64,000 bases of DNA from an uncultured Bacteroidota bacterium (GCA_963703215.1 OY969800.1:3087297-3151296); one strand, 5' to 3'; numbered from the stretch's first letter, positions 52,139-62,056 are shown. Numbers and translations are program-made. The notes: generated from the sequence alone by a model not told the origin.

Positions 52139-52256
52139 ACCAATTCCCTTCGAATCGTTTTCTTCAATCGCTTATCATGCTTATCTTTAATCTGCTTATA
52201 ACAGGGTAGCTCGTTTCCGGCACCGTCAAAGCCAATTACAACAAACATCATGAGTA

Positions 52257-53729
52257 TCATACATCCTTTTGTCTATTTCTGCCGATCATGGTTTTGATGA
52301 TCGATGGTGGTACAACTCTTTCCAAAATTATTCTATCCTCGGCAAGGAATCCTTTGAAAAGATAAAACGCGGCCGCGTATGTTACAATGGCGGCTCCGAT
52401 CTGGAGAAACACGGAGAATGGCGAAAGTAAGTACACCACGATTACCATTGGTATGCACGAAATAATTGGTTTCCAAAACATCCTGACCAAGTTTAATCCC
52501 ATCCCAAGATGGCGTGCATATAAGCAGGCGGCAGTGAACATCGTGACCTCAGCAAGTACCAGTGAAACGCAGGATATTAATATCCCATATTGGGGTATCA
52601 AAAAGTAGTTCAGGATCCCCACTAAGACAGCGGTGGGAATTGTAACTAACATCGTAAAGCGCTGGTGGTTTATTGCCGGGAAGAAAGTGTAAAGAACATA
52701 ATGTGGATAGCTGAACATACTCGATACAATTAAGATCTGCAACGGCAAGACTGCTGGCAGAAAAGCTCTCGTGAATAATGCAAGGATTAGCTTATTGGAA
52801 ATAAATATTGTTCCAATAGCCATCGGGATTGAGATAATTAACATGTACCTCACCGATATATCGAGGACCGATCTGAGTTTCTCTCTTTGTTTATTATATA
52901 GTTCAGCGAAGAAGGGATATAGGACTTGCACGAAGCTCATGGGTACCACGGTGAGAATCGATATGATCTTGAATGCGGCATTGTAATAACCGACCGCTTC
53001 GTCTCCTTTTAAATACTTAAGAAGAGTCGATGTCAGATACATATAAAGTACAAACCCTAAAGCCCCTAAGGCGGTGGGATAGCCCTCGTTAAGTAAGTAT
53101 CCCCATCGACTCACTTTGGGTTTCGCCATCATGGTACCAAACAAGTGACGGTAAACAAAATAAGAAATTACAAGAATCAGCGTGCACGCTATCGCACTTC
53201 CGACGAGGAGCCCGAGCAGGCCATAACCTAACATCAGCAGAGCAATTACGGCGACAGAAGTGGAAAAATCTGTCGCGATGGTTATGATTGAAACAAGCCG
53301 CATTTTTCTGTGAGCCTGGAAGGTCCCAGTGAAAACAAGGGTCGATGAGTTGATCCCGGTTATAAGCATGCTAAAACCAATTGCCAAATTCGTGAGATTA
53401 TCGAATCGTGAGAGCATCGCTACGGAAGTGATTATTATTGAAGTCCCAATGAAAAGTAGCCCTTTAAGAAGAAGGGCGTTCAACACGTATTCATGAGTCC
53501 TGGTACGATCGGCAGCAATATCGCGCGTAACGATCTGCACCAATCCCAAGTCGAAAAGCAGCCCAAACATAGCCGCGAAGTATGTCGCAAATGTGTAGAC
53601 TCCGAATGTCCCGACGCCAAGATAAATCGCCATATATTTGAGCCTGACAAGACCAAGTAACAGGCTGATAATCCTCGCGGTGAAGATCGCGGCTGTATCG
53701 AACGTTATTTTACGTGTTTCAGAAGCCAT
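52257..53729 (-). CDS. oligosaccharide/polysaccharide flippase (Wzx / MOP superfamily)
   Basis: 490 aa, ~14 TM helices, located within the glycan cluster. N-terminal AAIFTARIISLLLGLVRLKYMAIYLG typical of polysaccharide biosynthesis (PST) proteins. Confidence 0.85.
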   Translation of the reverse strand: MASETRKITFDTAAIFTARIISLLLGLVRLKYMAIYLGVGTFGVYTFATYFAAMFGLLFDLGLVQIVTRDIAADRTRTHEYVLNALLLKGLLFIGTSIIITSVAMLSRFDNLTNLAIGFSMLITGINSSTLVFTGTFQAHRKMRLVSIITIATDFSTSVAVIALLMLGYGLLGLLVGSAIACTLILVISYFVYRHLFGTMMAKPKVSRWGYLLNEGYPTALGALGFVLYMYLTSTLLKYLKGDEAVGYYNAAFKIISILTVVPMSFVQVLYPFFAELYNKQREKLRSVLDISVRYMLIISIPMAIGTIFISNKLILALFTRAFLPAVLPLQILIVSSMFSYPHYVLYTFFPAINHQRFTMLVTIPTAVLVGILNYFLIPQYGILISCVSLVLAEVTMFTAACLYARHLGMGLNLVRMFWKPIISCIPMVIVVYLLSPFSVFLQIGAAIVTYAAAFYLFKGFLAEDRIILERVVPPSIIKTMIGRNRQKDV

Positions 53730-53777
53730 CCATTTAACTCATTGTTCGTGGTCGGCAACTCACAACTTTATCACTTT

Positions 53778-54614
53778 CTACTTTTCATTTCTCTTACGCA
53801 CACTCACTGCCGCCGCAAAAATGTTGATGACCAGCCCGAAGGGTATCGTCAACCAATTGTACCACTTTGCGTATCTTGCCATCAGTCGAAGTTGACTTCT
53901 CAATTTGTTCCAATTCTTGAACCATGAAAGGTTGCCACCGGAGCTTGCCGAAACTTTATGCCAGATTATGGAAGATGGTACGTATACCAAACTATATCCA
54001 GCCCTTTTGGCTCTGATACACCAATCCGAATCCTCTCCATAGATAAAGTAGCTCTCGTCAAGCTTCCCAATCTTCTCAATAACTTCTCTTTTCACAAGCA
54101 TACAGCACCCTGTGATATAATCGACCTCCCTGGCCGAATCATACTGCCCGTGATCCACCTCCCTGATTCCAATATGTGAAATCCATCCTTTCCAATAATC
54201 TATCTTTCCGCCCGCAAACCATATCCTCCTCTGATCATAGTAGTAAAAAATTTTCGGTCCCCCTATGCCTACGTCATTGTTGCCTTCCGCATATTCCACC
54301 AACTTGGATAAGAAATTGGGATCGACGATCGTGTCGTTGTTGAGCAGAAGCACATAATCAGTTTTAGTCTGTAGCGCATATTCGATGCCGACATTGTTGC
54401 CACCGGCGAAACGCAAGTTCTCGGAATTTGGAATGATTTTCACAAACGGAAATTTCTCTTTAACCGCATCTACTGTCCCATCCGAAGAAGCATTATCCAC
54501 TAATATCAGCAAAAAGTTTGGATAGCTCACTTTACCAATCGATTGCAGAAGGGAAATGGTATCATCCTTACGATTCCAATTCAAAATTATGATGGAGACG
54601 ACGGGGTATGGCAC
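53778..54614 (-). CDS. family-2 glycosyltransferase
   Basis: VSIIILNWNRKDDT, VDNASSDGT, LLLNNDT (DxD-like) and GEDSDWC motifs typical of GT2 rhamnosyl/galactosyl transferases. Confidence 0.88.
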   Translation of the reverse strand: MPYPVVSIIILNWNRKDDTISLLQSIGKVSYPNFLLILVDNASSDGTVDAVKEKFPFVKIIPNSENLRFAGGNNVGIEYALQTKTDYVLLLNNDTIVDPNFLSKLVEYAEGNNDVGIGGPKIFYYYDQRRIWFAGGKIDYWKGWISHIGIREVDHGQYDSAREVDYITGCCMLVKREVIEKIGKLDESYFIYGEDSDWCIRAKRAGYSLVYVPSSIIWHKVSASSGGNLSWFKNWNKLRSQLRLMARYAKWYNWLTIPFGLVINIFAAAVSVRKRNEK

Positions 54615-54771
54615 GTTATGCTTTGCTGTTTTGCATTTTCACGCAGAAATTTAAGAAAATATCTCGGACTTTTCATGAGAAAAGTGCTTTCGATTGATTC
54701 GACGATCCATATCAATCTTGAATCAGGAGAGATGGAGGAATATATTTGAACGAAATCATTCGGATTTGAAA

Positions 54772-56169
54772 ATGAAAATACAATTCATAGGCGCCGCCCA
54801 AACCGTCACCGGATCGATGCACCTTCTCAACATCGATAAAAAAAAGATTCTGCTCGAATGCGGATTCTACCAAGGCAAGCGGGCTGAAAGCATAAGGATA
54901 AACAAAACGTTCGAATTTTTTCATCCGGCAGAACTCGATGCTTTAGTGCTCTCACATGCTCACATCGACCACAGCGGTAACTTACCGAATCTCGTCAAAC
55001 AAGGTTACTTGGGGCCGATTTTCGCAACCCCCGCGACGAGAGATCTCGCAGGGATCATGCTTGCCGACAGCGCAAAGATTCAAGAGCAGGATGCCACCTT
55101 CCTTAATAAGAAACTCGCCAAAAGAGGCGAACCTCCGATCCAGCCTATCTACGATACTGAAGACGCACTTGCAGTCATGCCGCTTTTCGTTTCGGTTTCA
55201 TACCACAGGGAAACAAATATAGTCGATGGCGTGAAGGCAACTTTTCTCGATGCCGGGCACATACTTGGAAGTGGATTGGTGGAACTCCGAATCGATGAAA
55301 ATGGTACAGAGAAAATTATTCTTTTCACGGGTGATCTTGGACGCAAGGGACTTCCCATTTTGAGGAATCCGGAATCGCTGCAGAGTGCGGACGCGCTCAT
55401 AATTGAAAGCACCTACGGCGGGAAATTCCATGATCCAATCCAGGGGATGGAAGGAAAATTGACTGAGGTGATTTCGAAAACGATAAATCGCGGTGGAAAA
55501 GTAATCATCCCTGCGTTCAGCATCGAAAGAACTCAGGAGATTGCTTATACTCTTCATCGCCTCTTTGAAAATAAATCTCTTCCAAGAATACCCGTGTTTG
55601 TCGATAGCCCGCTTTCAGTTAATGCAACGGAGGTGTTCCGTCTTCATCCGGAATGTTTCAACAAAGACATTTTCAAGATGGTGCTCGAACATGACGACCC
55701 GTTCGGCTTTGAGTACATAAAATATATACAGAGTGTGGAAGACTCTAAGAAACTCAACGACATTCACGAGCCAATAATAATTATCTCGGCGTCAGGGATG
55801 TGCGAAAGCGGAAGAATACTTCATCATCTCGCCAATAATGTCAGCGATCCAAGAAACACAATCTTAATAGTTGGCTATCAGGCACAAGACACTCTCGGGA
55901 GGCGAATTCTCGAACATCAGCCAATACTGAAAATATTTGGCGAAGAATATTCTCTGAAAGCGGAAGTGATCGAGATGCATTCCTTTTCCGCTCACGCGGA
56001 TCACCATGACCTGATTGACTTTATTACGCAGATGGATAAACCTAGGCTCAAAAGTATTTTCATGGTTCACGGTGAACCAGCGGAACAAGGCGCGTTGATG
56101 CAGTCATTGACTCAAGCTGGTTATAAGAATGTGTTTGCTCCGAAGAGAGGGGACATTTTTGAAGTTTGA
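54772..56169 (+). CDS. MBL-fold metallo-hydrolase with beta-CASP/RMMBL domains (RNA-metabolising nuclease family)
   Basis: Start moved to ATG 54772 (MKIQFIGAAQTVTGSMHLL). HAHIDHSG (motif 2), IIESTYG, C-terminal SAHADHHDL and VHGE motifs. Confidence 0.85.
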   Translation: MKIQFIGAAQTVTGSMHLLNIDKKKILLECGFYQGKRAESIRINKTFEFFHPAELDALVLSHAHIDHSGNLPNLVKQGYLGPIFATPATRDLAGIMLADSAKIQEQDATFLNKKLAKRGEPPIQPIYDTEDALAVMPLFVSVSYHRETNIVDGVKATFLDAGHILGSGLVELRIDENGTEKIILFTGDLGRKGLPILRNPESLQSADALIIESTYGGKFHDPIQGMEGKLTEVISKTINRGGKVIIPAFSIERTQEIAYTLHRLFENKSLPRIPVFVDSPLSVNATEVFRLHPECFNKDIFKMVLEHDDPFGFEYIKYIQSVEDSKKLNDIHEPIIIISASGMCESGRILHHLANNVSDPRNTILIVGYQAQDTLGRRILEHQPILKIFGEEYSLKAEVIEMHSFSAHADHHDLIDFITQMDKPRLKSIFMVHGEPAEQGALMQSLTQAGYKNVFAPKRGDIFEV

Positions 56170-56252
56170 TAAGGCACAGATTCATACCGCTTCTACGCCA
56201 TATTGCTTTGCTCCAAGAAATATTCCGCGACAGATTCTTAATGCACGCAGGA

Positions 56253-56901
56253 ATGAGCCCACTCAAAATAGCAAAGGGATTCTATCTTTCATTTTGACCC
56301 CACTAGTATGTCTATCCGGCTGCCAAAAACTAGCTCCAACTCCCAAATCCCAGGATAATTTCATTATCGTGCCGCCAAGAAACTTGATTGTAATAGGAGC
56401 GCAAGATGCCGCCATACTACTTTATTGGGACCCGGTATTTGCCGTTGGCTTTTCATACTACAACGTTTACTTCGCAACAAAGGCAACAAATCTCCGTCTC
56501 ACTGCAGAGACGTTGAACAATTCTTTCTTCATTGACAGTTTAAATTATGACTCAACTTATTTTTTCAAGTGAAAGCAATCTATTCTAATGACAGTGAAAT
56601 TAAGCCGAGCAACCTCGTGTCAGCCAAACGTGTAAATGCGTATCCGCCGACCGCGCCGGTCGGTTTGGTCGCCCTCGGACACAATGACAACACAGGGAAA
56701 TGTATGACAGTAATCTGGTCGGTAAATACGAAAGGTGACCTCGGAGGATATGAAGTTTACAGAGATACCTCGGCAGCCTTTCAGCCCGACACAACCACTT
56801 TCTCTAATTTGATCGCAACACCAAAAACAAATTTCCTCCGTGATTCTCTGAACCTCACGGTTCCCGGTTCATCGTTAACTCCTAATGAATTATATTTTTA
56901 G
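56253..56901 (+). CDS. lipoprotein with two FN3-like domains, reading frame broken twice
   Basis: ATG 56253 gives MSPLKIAKG, then a frame change is needed (A3/G3 runs 56273-56278) to continue ILSFILTPLVCLSGC (lipobox). A second break lies at the T6 run 56560-56565 (DSTYFF | VKAIYSNDSE, the FN3 Y.F.V.A motif). The parts correspond to ORFs 56129-56572 and 56569-56901. Confidence 0.6.
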
Positions 56902-56975
56902 CACGCCGCTGCGACAACGGTCCATATCAGTGTTCCTAATTCAGTAAGCAACGTTTATGGCTTACCGCTAACTCA

Positions 56976-57725
56976 ATGATAGAATTCAAGAAAGTAACCA
57001 AGGAGTATTCAGGTAAAGTGGCCATCGATTCGATTTCGTTTCGTGTCGACCATGGGACCGCATGTGGATATATTGGACCCAATGGCGCCGGCAAAACCAC
57101 AACTGCAAAAATAATCGTCGGACTGGAAAACGCTACGTCTGGAGAAACCAACGTACTCGACTCCGCAGCCGCAGGAGATAAAGGAAATATAAGACATCGT
57201 ATCGGCTACGTCCCTGAATCGCCAAGACTTTACGAATCCATGACGCCTACTGAGACCATTGGAATGGCTTCCCTCTTGAGGAAGTTTGATATGAAAGAGG
57301 CCAGCAGAAAATTTGAAGCGATTTCAGAAATACTCTCGTTTAAAGAATATCTCAAGAAACCGATACAGACTCTCTCAAAGGGGACTAAACAAAAAGTTGT
57401 CATAAGCCTCGCTCTAATCTTCAATCCAACAATTCTTGTGCTTGATGAACCCACAGACGGACTTGACGTGCAGTCGGTCGTCAGCCTGAAGAAGCTTATC
57501 AAATCATTCACCGGGCATGGCGGGACTGTATTCTACAGTTCCCATCTGCTTGACATAGTTGAAAGTGTATGTGATAAAGTGTACTTCATCAACGAAGGAA
57601 GAATTATCGGAGAATATGCAAGAAGTGTTTTTGACGCCAAGAGAGGTTTCTTAGAAGGTGTTTTCATGGAACATGTTGACGTGCCAAGTCACCTCGTGGA
57701 CGCATTTTTTGAAAATAAAGTTTAG
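56976..57725 (+). CDS. ABC transporter ATP-binding protein (ABC-2/CcmA-like), no adjacent permease
   Basis: Walker A GPNGAGKTT, Q-loop YVPESP, signature LSKGTKQK, Walker B ILVLDEPTDGLD, H-loop SSHLL. Confidence 0.9.
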   Translation: MIEFKKVTKEYSGKVAIDSISFRVDHGTACGYIGPNGAGKTTTAKIIVGLENATSGETNVLDSAAAGDKGNIRHRIGYVPESPRLYESMTPTETIGMASLLRKFDMKEASRKFEAISEILSFKEYLKKPIQTLSKGTKQKVVISLALIFNPTILVLDEPTDGLDVQSVVSLKKLIKSFTGHGGTVFYSSHLLDIVESVCDKVYFINEGRIIGEYARSVFDAKRGFLEGVFMEHVDVPSHLVDAFFENKV

Positions 57726-59586
57726 CATTTTATCTGTCGCGATCTACTTTCTTTTGCACGCGGAGGCATCCGCGCAGTCACAGAATACCATCGATGCTGG
57801 CGACAGCACTAATTCGGCGCTGACCGCGTTCAATCAAAATTTAAATACTCTAGACTGGAACGGAGTCGCCTCTGTGAATCACGATTCGCAATTGGGTCTC
57901 ATCGGATTCAATGAAACTTTTCATTCCGTTTTGATTAAAGGCTCACAAAATCTGATTAGAGATGAACAGAATTTCGGCGGAATGATTAGAAAAGAAATCT
58001 TTGACAGCGTATCCGCAACCGGTACAGTTCAATCGAATTTCGTCAGCGACAACAGGCAAATTGGTTTGAGCTCAGTGGGCACCTCATCCGTACTCGGAGG
58101 ACTTTCCTACATAACCTCGTTTGACACTCTCGTCGGCGGTATAGGAAACAAATGGGACCGACAAGCGGGAGTCAATGATAATGGATTGACCTATAAGTTC
58201 TACGGTGCTTTCCCCTTTTCACCTGCCGAAGGGAGCAGACTCTTCCCTTCAATCAATCTTCAAGACGAACAAATTTTCCCTCGGCGAAATTATGATCGTG
58301 ATGCGAATATGAGTTACTACCAAGCCTTTTCCCCACAATCGTCGATAAGTTTCACTGGCTCGTACGATTCACAATTGCGAGATTTTTATTTTGCGGCCGA
58401 TTCCGCGACACAAAGTATGTACGGCGTTACAAACAATATTGAAGACAGGACAGAAAATCGAAGCTCATTCTCGGCTGCTCTGACTATGCCGATTTCGTTC
58501 TTTCAATTCTCTGCAGAAAGTGGACTTAGCCAGAGACAAATCGATTTTACGAATCGGTATAAGTCTGACGACCCGGAGAGCAATTTGTACGACACGAGGA
58601 TAAGGGTACTCGACTTCGATTTGGACGGGCAGCTCAAGACCGGAATAAACGACGACACCTTAGCAATTAACATGGCACATTCCGAGAGAAATGAAACTCA
58701 CACGGTGATAGACTACGACACGCTGAATTCATTCACGCTAGATCAGCTGACGCAGCAATCCGAGCTGAACAACCTAGGGACGAGAAATACCTTAACGGGA
58801 GACGTTCACCTTCGGTTTGGCGATACATTCATAGGCATGACCGGACTGGCTTCCATCTTCCATTACGATACACCGAGCGATCTGAATTACGACGACCGCG
58901 ACGAACTGACAAACACGCTTGCGATGAGCATCAACCGGCAGTTCAATCCTTTTTTTCAGGCTGGACTTGGATTGGAAGCAGATCTAATTCACATTGTGTA
59001 CATTGAATCCCAGCGAAGTGCAAACAACAACAGAAATTTCATTTACAGGTTTTTTCCAACAGTCGTTTACTCGGATTCGAGAGTCTATTCGAGGAATAGA
59101 TTTGAAGTGTTGGCGAATTACACCGTTTACGATTATGAAGCTTTTTCTCAAGTGCACTCTTACTCCTTCCGTCAAGCCGCGTTCTCAGATTCAACATTGA
59201 TAGGACTGACGCCGAAAATATCGGCATTCTTTTATGGCAACCTAAAACTATACTCGAGGGGAGAGCTATACTGGTCGAACTTTTCAGAGTTCCCACTTAA
59301 CTATTTCGTAGATGGAACAGCGTGGCTGTCATTCTATTATGGCTCTAGAAATTATCGGTATGGAATAGGTTATAAGTATCTCGCGCTGACTCAATACAAC
59401 TATGTAACGGCGACCACCAGACAATTTGTTTCTCAGCAAACGAATTCTGGCCCAACCACTTCTCTTGAATTAAATCTGTCACATCTTCAATTGGTGATAA
59501 GCGGGTGGTATCAGATCTCATGGCAATCATTGCAAAACCATGTCGTTTATCCTAATTTCGAGTTGAATGCAAGATACACCCTCTAA
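57709..59586 (+). CDS. large secreted protein of unknown function, predicted outer-membrane beta-barrel
   Basis: In-frame TTG 57709 gives MKIKFSILSVAIYFLLHAEASAQ (signal peptide) and overlaps the ABC stop. 625 aa with no hydrophobic helices, rich in alternating aromatic/polar strands, ending ...YPNFELNARYTL. Confidence 0.65.
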   Translation: MKIKFSILSVAIYFLLHAEASAQSQNTIDAGDSTNSALTAFNQNLNTLDWNGVASVNHDSQLGLIGFNETFHSVLIKGSQNLIRDEQNFGGMIRKEIFDSVSATGTVQSNFVSDNRQIGLSSVGTSSVLGGLSYITSFDTLVGGIGNKWDRQAGVNDNGLTYKFYGAFPFSPAEGSRLFPSINLQDEQIFPRRNYDRDANMSYYQAFSPQSSISFTGSYDSQLRDFYFAADSATQSMYGVTNNIEDRTENRSSFSAALTMPISFFQFSAESGLSQRQIDFTNRYKSDDPESNLYDTRIRVLDFDLDGQLKTGINDDTLAINMAHSERNETHTVIDYDTLNSFTLDQLTQQSELNNLGTRNTLTGDVHLRFGDTFIGMTGLASIFHYDTPSDLNYDDRDELTNTLAMSINRQFNPFFQAGLGLEADLIHIVYIESQRSANNNRNFIYRFFPTVVYSDSRVYSRNRFEVLANYTVYDYEAFSQVHSYSFRQAAFSDSTLIGLTPKISAFFYGNLKLYSRGELYWSNFSEFPLNYFVDGTAWLSFYYGSRNYRYGIGYKYLALTQYNYVTATTRQFVSQQTNSGPTTSLELNLSHLQLVISGWYQISWQSLQNHVVYPNFELNARYTL

Positions 59587-60011
59587 TGCGCAAAGTACGT
59601 GAACATATAGTCATCAACAGCAATCACTCGTCAATAACTGCGGCTGAGAAAAAGTTGAAGTCAATTCTTGATAAGCTGAACCTCGCGAGTTCGCAGGAAC
59701 ATAATCTGTTGGTTGCGGCAAGCGAAGCTGTTCATAATGCCGTGGTACACGGCAACAAGAGCCGACCCGACAAGAAGGTGTACCTCAACGTTGATTACAG
59801 TGGACATGATATTACCTTGGAGGTTCAAGATGAAGGAGGGGGATTTAATCCTGTCGACGTTCCCGATCCACTATTGCCAGAAAATTTACTTAAACCGAGC
59901 GGCAGGGGGATTCACATCATGAAATCGCTCATGGATACCGTCAATTTCGATTTCACACCGAAGGGCACCAAAACAATATTGACGCTCAAGCTGAAGGGAA
60001 ATAAAACTTAA
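59586..60011 (+). CDS. anti-sigma-factor-type Ser/Thr kinase (RsbW/SpoIIAB-like, HATPase_c)
   Basis: 141 aa. N-box EAVHNAVVHGN, G1 DEGGGF, G2 GRGIHIM. ATG overlaps the upstream stop (TAATG). Confidence 0.8.
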   Translation: MRKVREHIVINSNHSSITAAEKKLKSILDKLNLASSQEHNLLVAASEAVHNAVVHGNKSRPDKKVYLNVDYSGHDITLEVQDEGGGFNPVDVPDPLLPENLLKPSGRGIHIMKSLMDTVNFDFTPKGTKTILTLKLKGNKT

Positions 60012-60069
60012 AGTTGGATTCGATTCGGCATTGCGACTGACTTAAACCATTCTAAAGTCAGATCCAAAT

Positions 60070-61035
<966 letters not shown>

Positions 61036-61305
61036 TTAGTTCTTGCTCGTACTCAGAGGAATAACACTGACTTTCTTGCGAACTCTCCTATATGTCTCAA
61101 ACTTGACGACGCCATCGCTCAGTGCAAACAAGCTGTCATCTTTCGCGACGCCGACATTTTCGCCGGCAATGATCTTGGTACCGCGCTGACGAACGATAAT
61201 GCTTCCTGCATTGATGTTTTCTCCGCCAAAGATCTTGACGCCAAGTCTTTGAGCGTTGCTATTGCGCCCATTACGCGAACTGCCGCCGCCTTTTTTGTGT
61301 GCCAT
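61036..61305 (-). CDS. rpmA: 50S ribosomal protein L27
   Basis: [24 protein letters not shown]... canonical L27 N-terminus. Confidence 0.97.
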   Translation of the reverse strand: MAHKKGGGSSRNGRNSNAQRLGVKIFGGENINAGSIIVRQRGTKIIAGENVGVAKDDSLFALSDGVVKFETYRRVRKKVSVIPLSTSKN

Positions 61306-61314
61306 GAAAAACTC

Positions 61315-61629
61315 CTATTGCGTTATGCTATCTATGTGAATTGTCGTGTATTCTTCTCGGTGGCCATTTTTCACCTTGAAATTTTTCTTCGCTTTCTTTC
61401 GGAAAACAATGATTTTGTCTTTCCTGTCGTGATCCACAATGGTTGCTTCGACAATGGCGCCCTTCACAAGTGAATTGCCGACAGATTTTGCATTCTCGCT
61501 TTCAACAATAAGCACCTTGTCCAATTTTATCTTATCTCCAACTTTTGCCTTCAGCTTTGGGACTTTGACATTTATGTTTTCGGAAACTTTGAATTGCTTA
61601 CCTGCTATTTCGACAACGGCTAACATCAT
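61315..61629 (-). CDS. rplU: 50S ribosomal protein L21
   Basis: MLAVVEIAGKQFKV...KDKIIVFRKKAKKNFKVKNGHREEYT typical L21. Directly upstream of rpmA. Confidence 0.95.
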   Translation of the reverse strand: MMLAVVEIAGKQFKVSENINVKVPKLKAKVGDKIKLDKVLIVESENAKSVGNSLVKGAIVEATIVDHDRKDKIIVFRKKAKKNFKVKNGHREEYTTIHIDSITQ

Positions 61630-61734
61630 ACCTCCAAAAAGTTAGGAATTAATTTATGTCAAAAAACGACAAACTTCAATTGCAAAAAGCTGGAGAAATC
61701 CTTGGAGTTCGGAAGTGATTAACTTTCTATTTTG

Positions 61735-61797
61735 CGGAGAGGGAGGGATTCGAACCCTCGATACCCCTTTACAGAGTATGACGGTTTAGCAAACCGT
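61735..61797 (-). tRNA. partial tRNA-Ser(GCU): anticodon arm, long variable arm, T arm and acceptor 3' strand only (5' third absent); probable att core
   Basis: Minus strand: ACGGT TTGCTAA ACCGT / CATACTCTGTAAAGGGGTATC / GAGGG TTCGAAT CCCTC / CCTCTCC G. No GGAGAGG-type 5' acceptor strand or D arm in 61798-61830. Confidence 0.7.
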
Positions 61798-61807
61798 TGC
61801 ACTGTCG

Positions 61808-61836
61808 CATTTTCGTTCCATTTCGCAAGATTTTCG
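61808..61836. repeat. three direct copies of (C/G)ATTT(T)CG at 10-11-nt spacing abutting the tRNA fragment
   Basis: CATTTTCG 61808-61815, CATTTCG 61819-61825, GATTTTCG 61829-61836 (minus strand CGAAA(A)T(G/C)). Confidence 0.6.
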
Positions 61837-61985
61837 CCTAACTGTGTAGTAAAGTGATAAGTAAATTCGCCGAATGAATGCCGAAAAAGAGAAAAGCCGC
61901 CACGGTTAAACTCTGGGTTCTGCCAAACCACTAAGCCCGTAACGGCTTTCCTGAAAACTTTTCTCGTTCTTGGCAGATTCGAGTT

Positions 61986-62056
61986 CATGGTGCACTTAAT
62001 TTAATCAACCGTGAAAGTAAAATCAATAGCCTAAACGTTATGAATTAAGCACCATG
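61986..62056. repeat. interrupted 16-bp inverted repeat (long hairpin) in non-coding DNA
   Basis: 61986-61993 pairs with 62049-62056, and 61996-62003 with 62041-62048 (one G-U). 2-nt bulge, 37-nt loop. Confidence 0.65.

Noticed and set aside
61719-61988. 89-aa minus-strand ORF in the track.
   Set aside because: Its C-terminal third is simply the translation of the tRNA-Ser fragment and the adjacent repeats. It has no recognisable family and no plausible start context.
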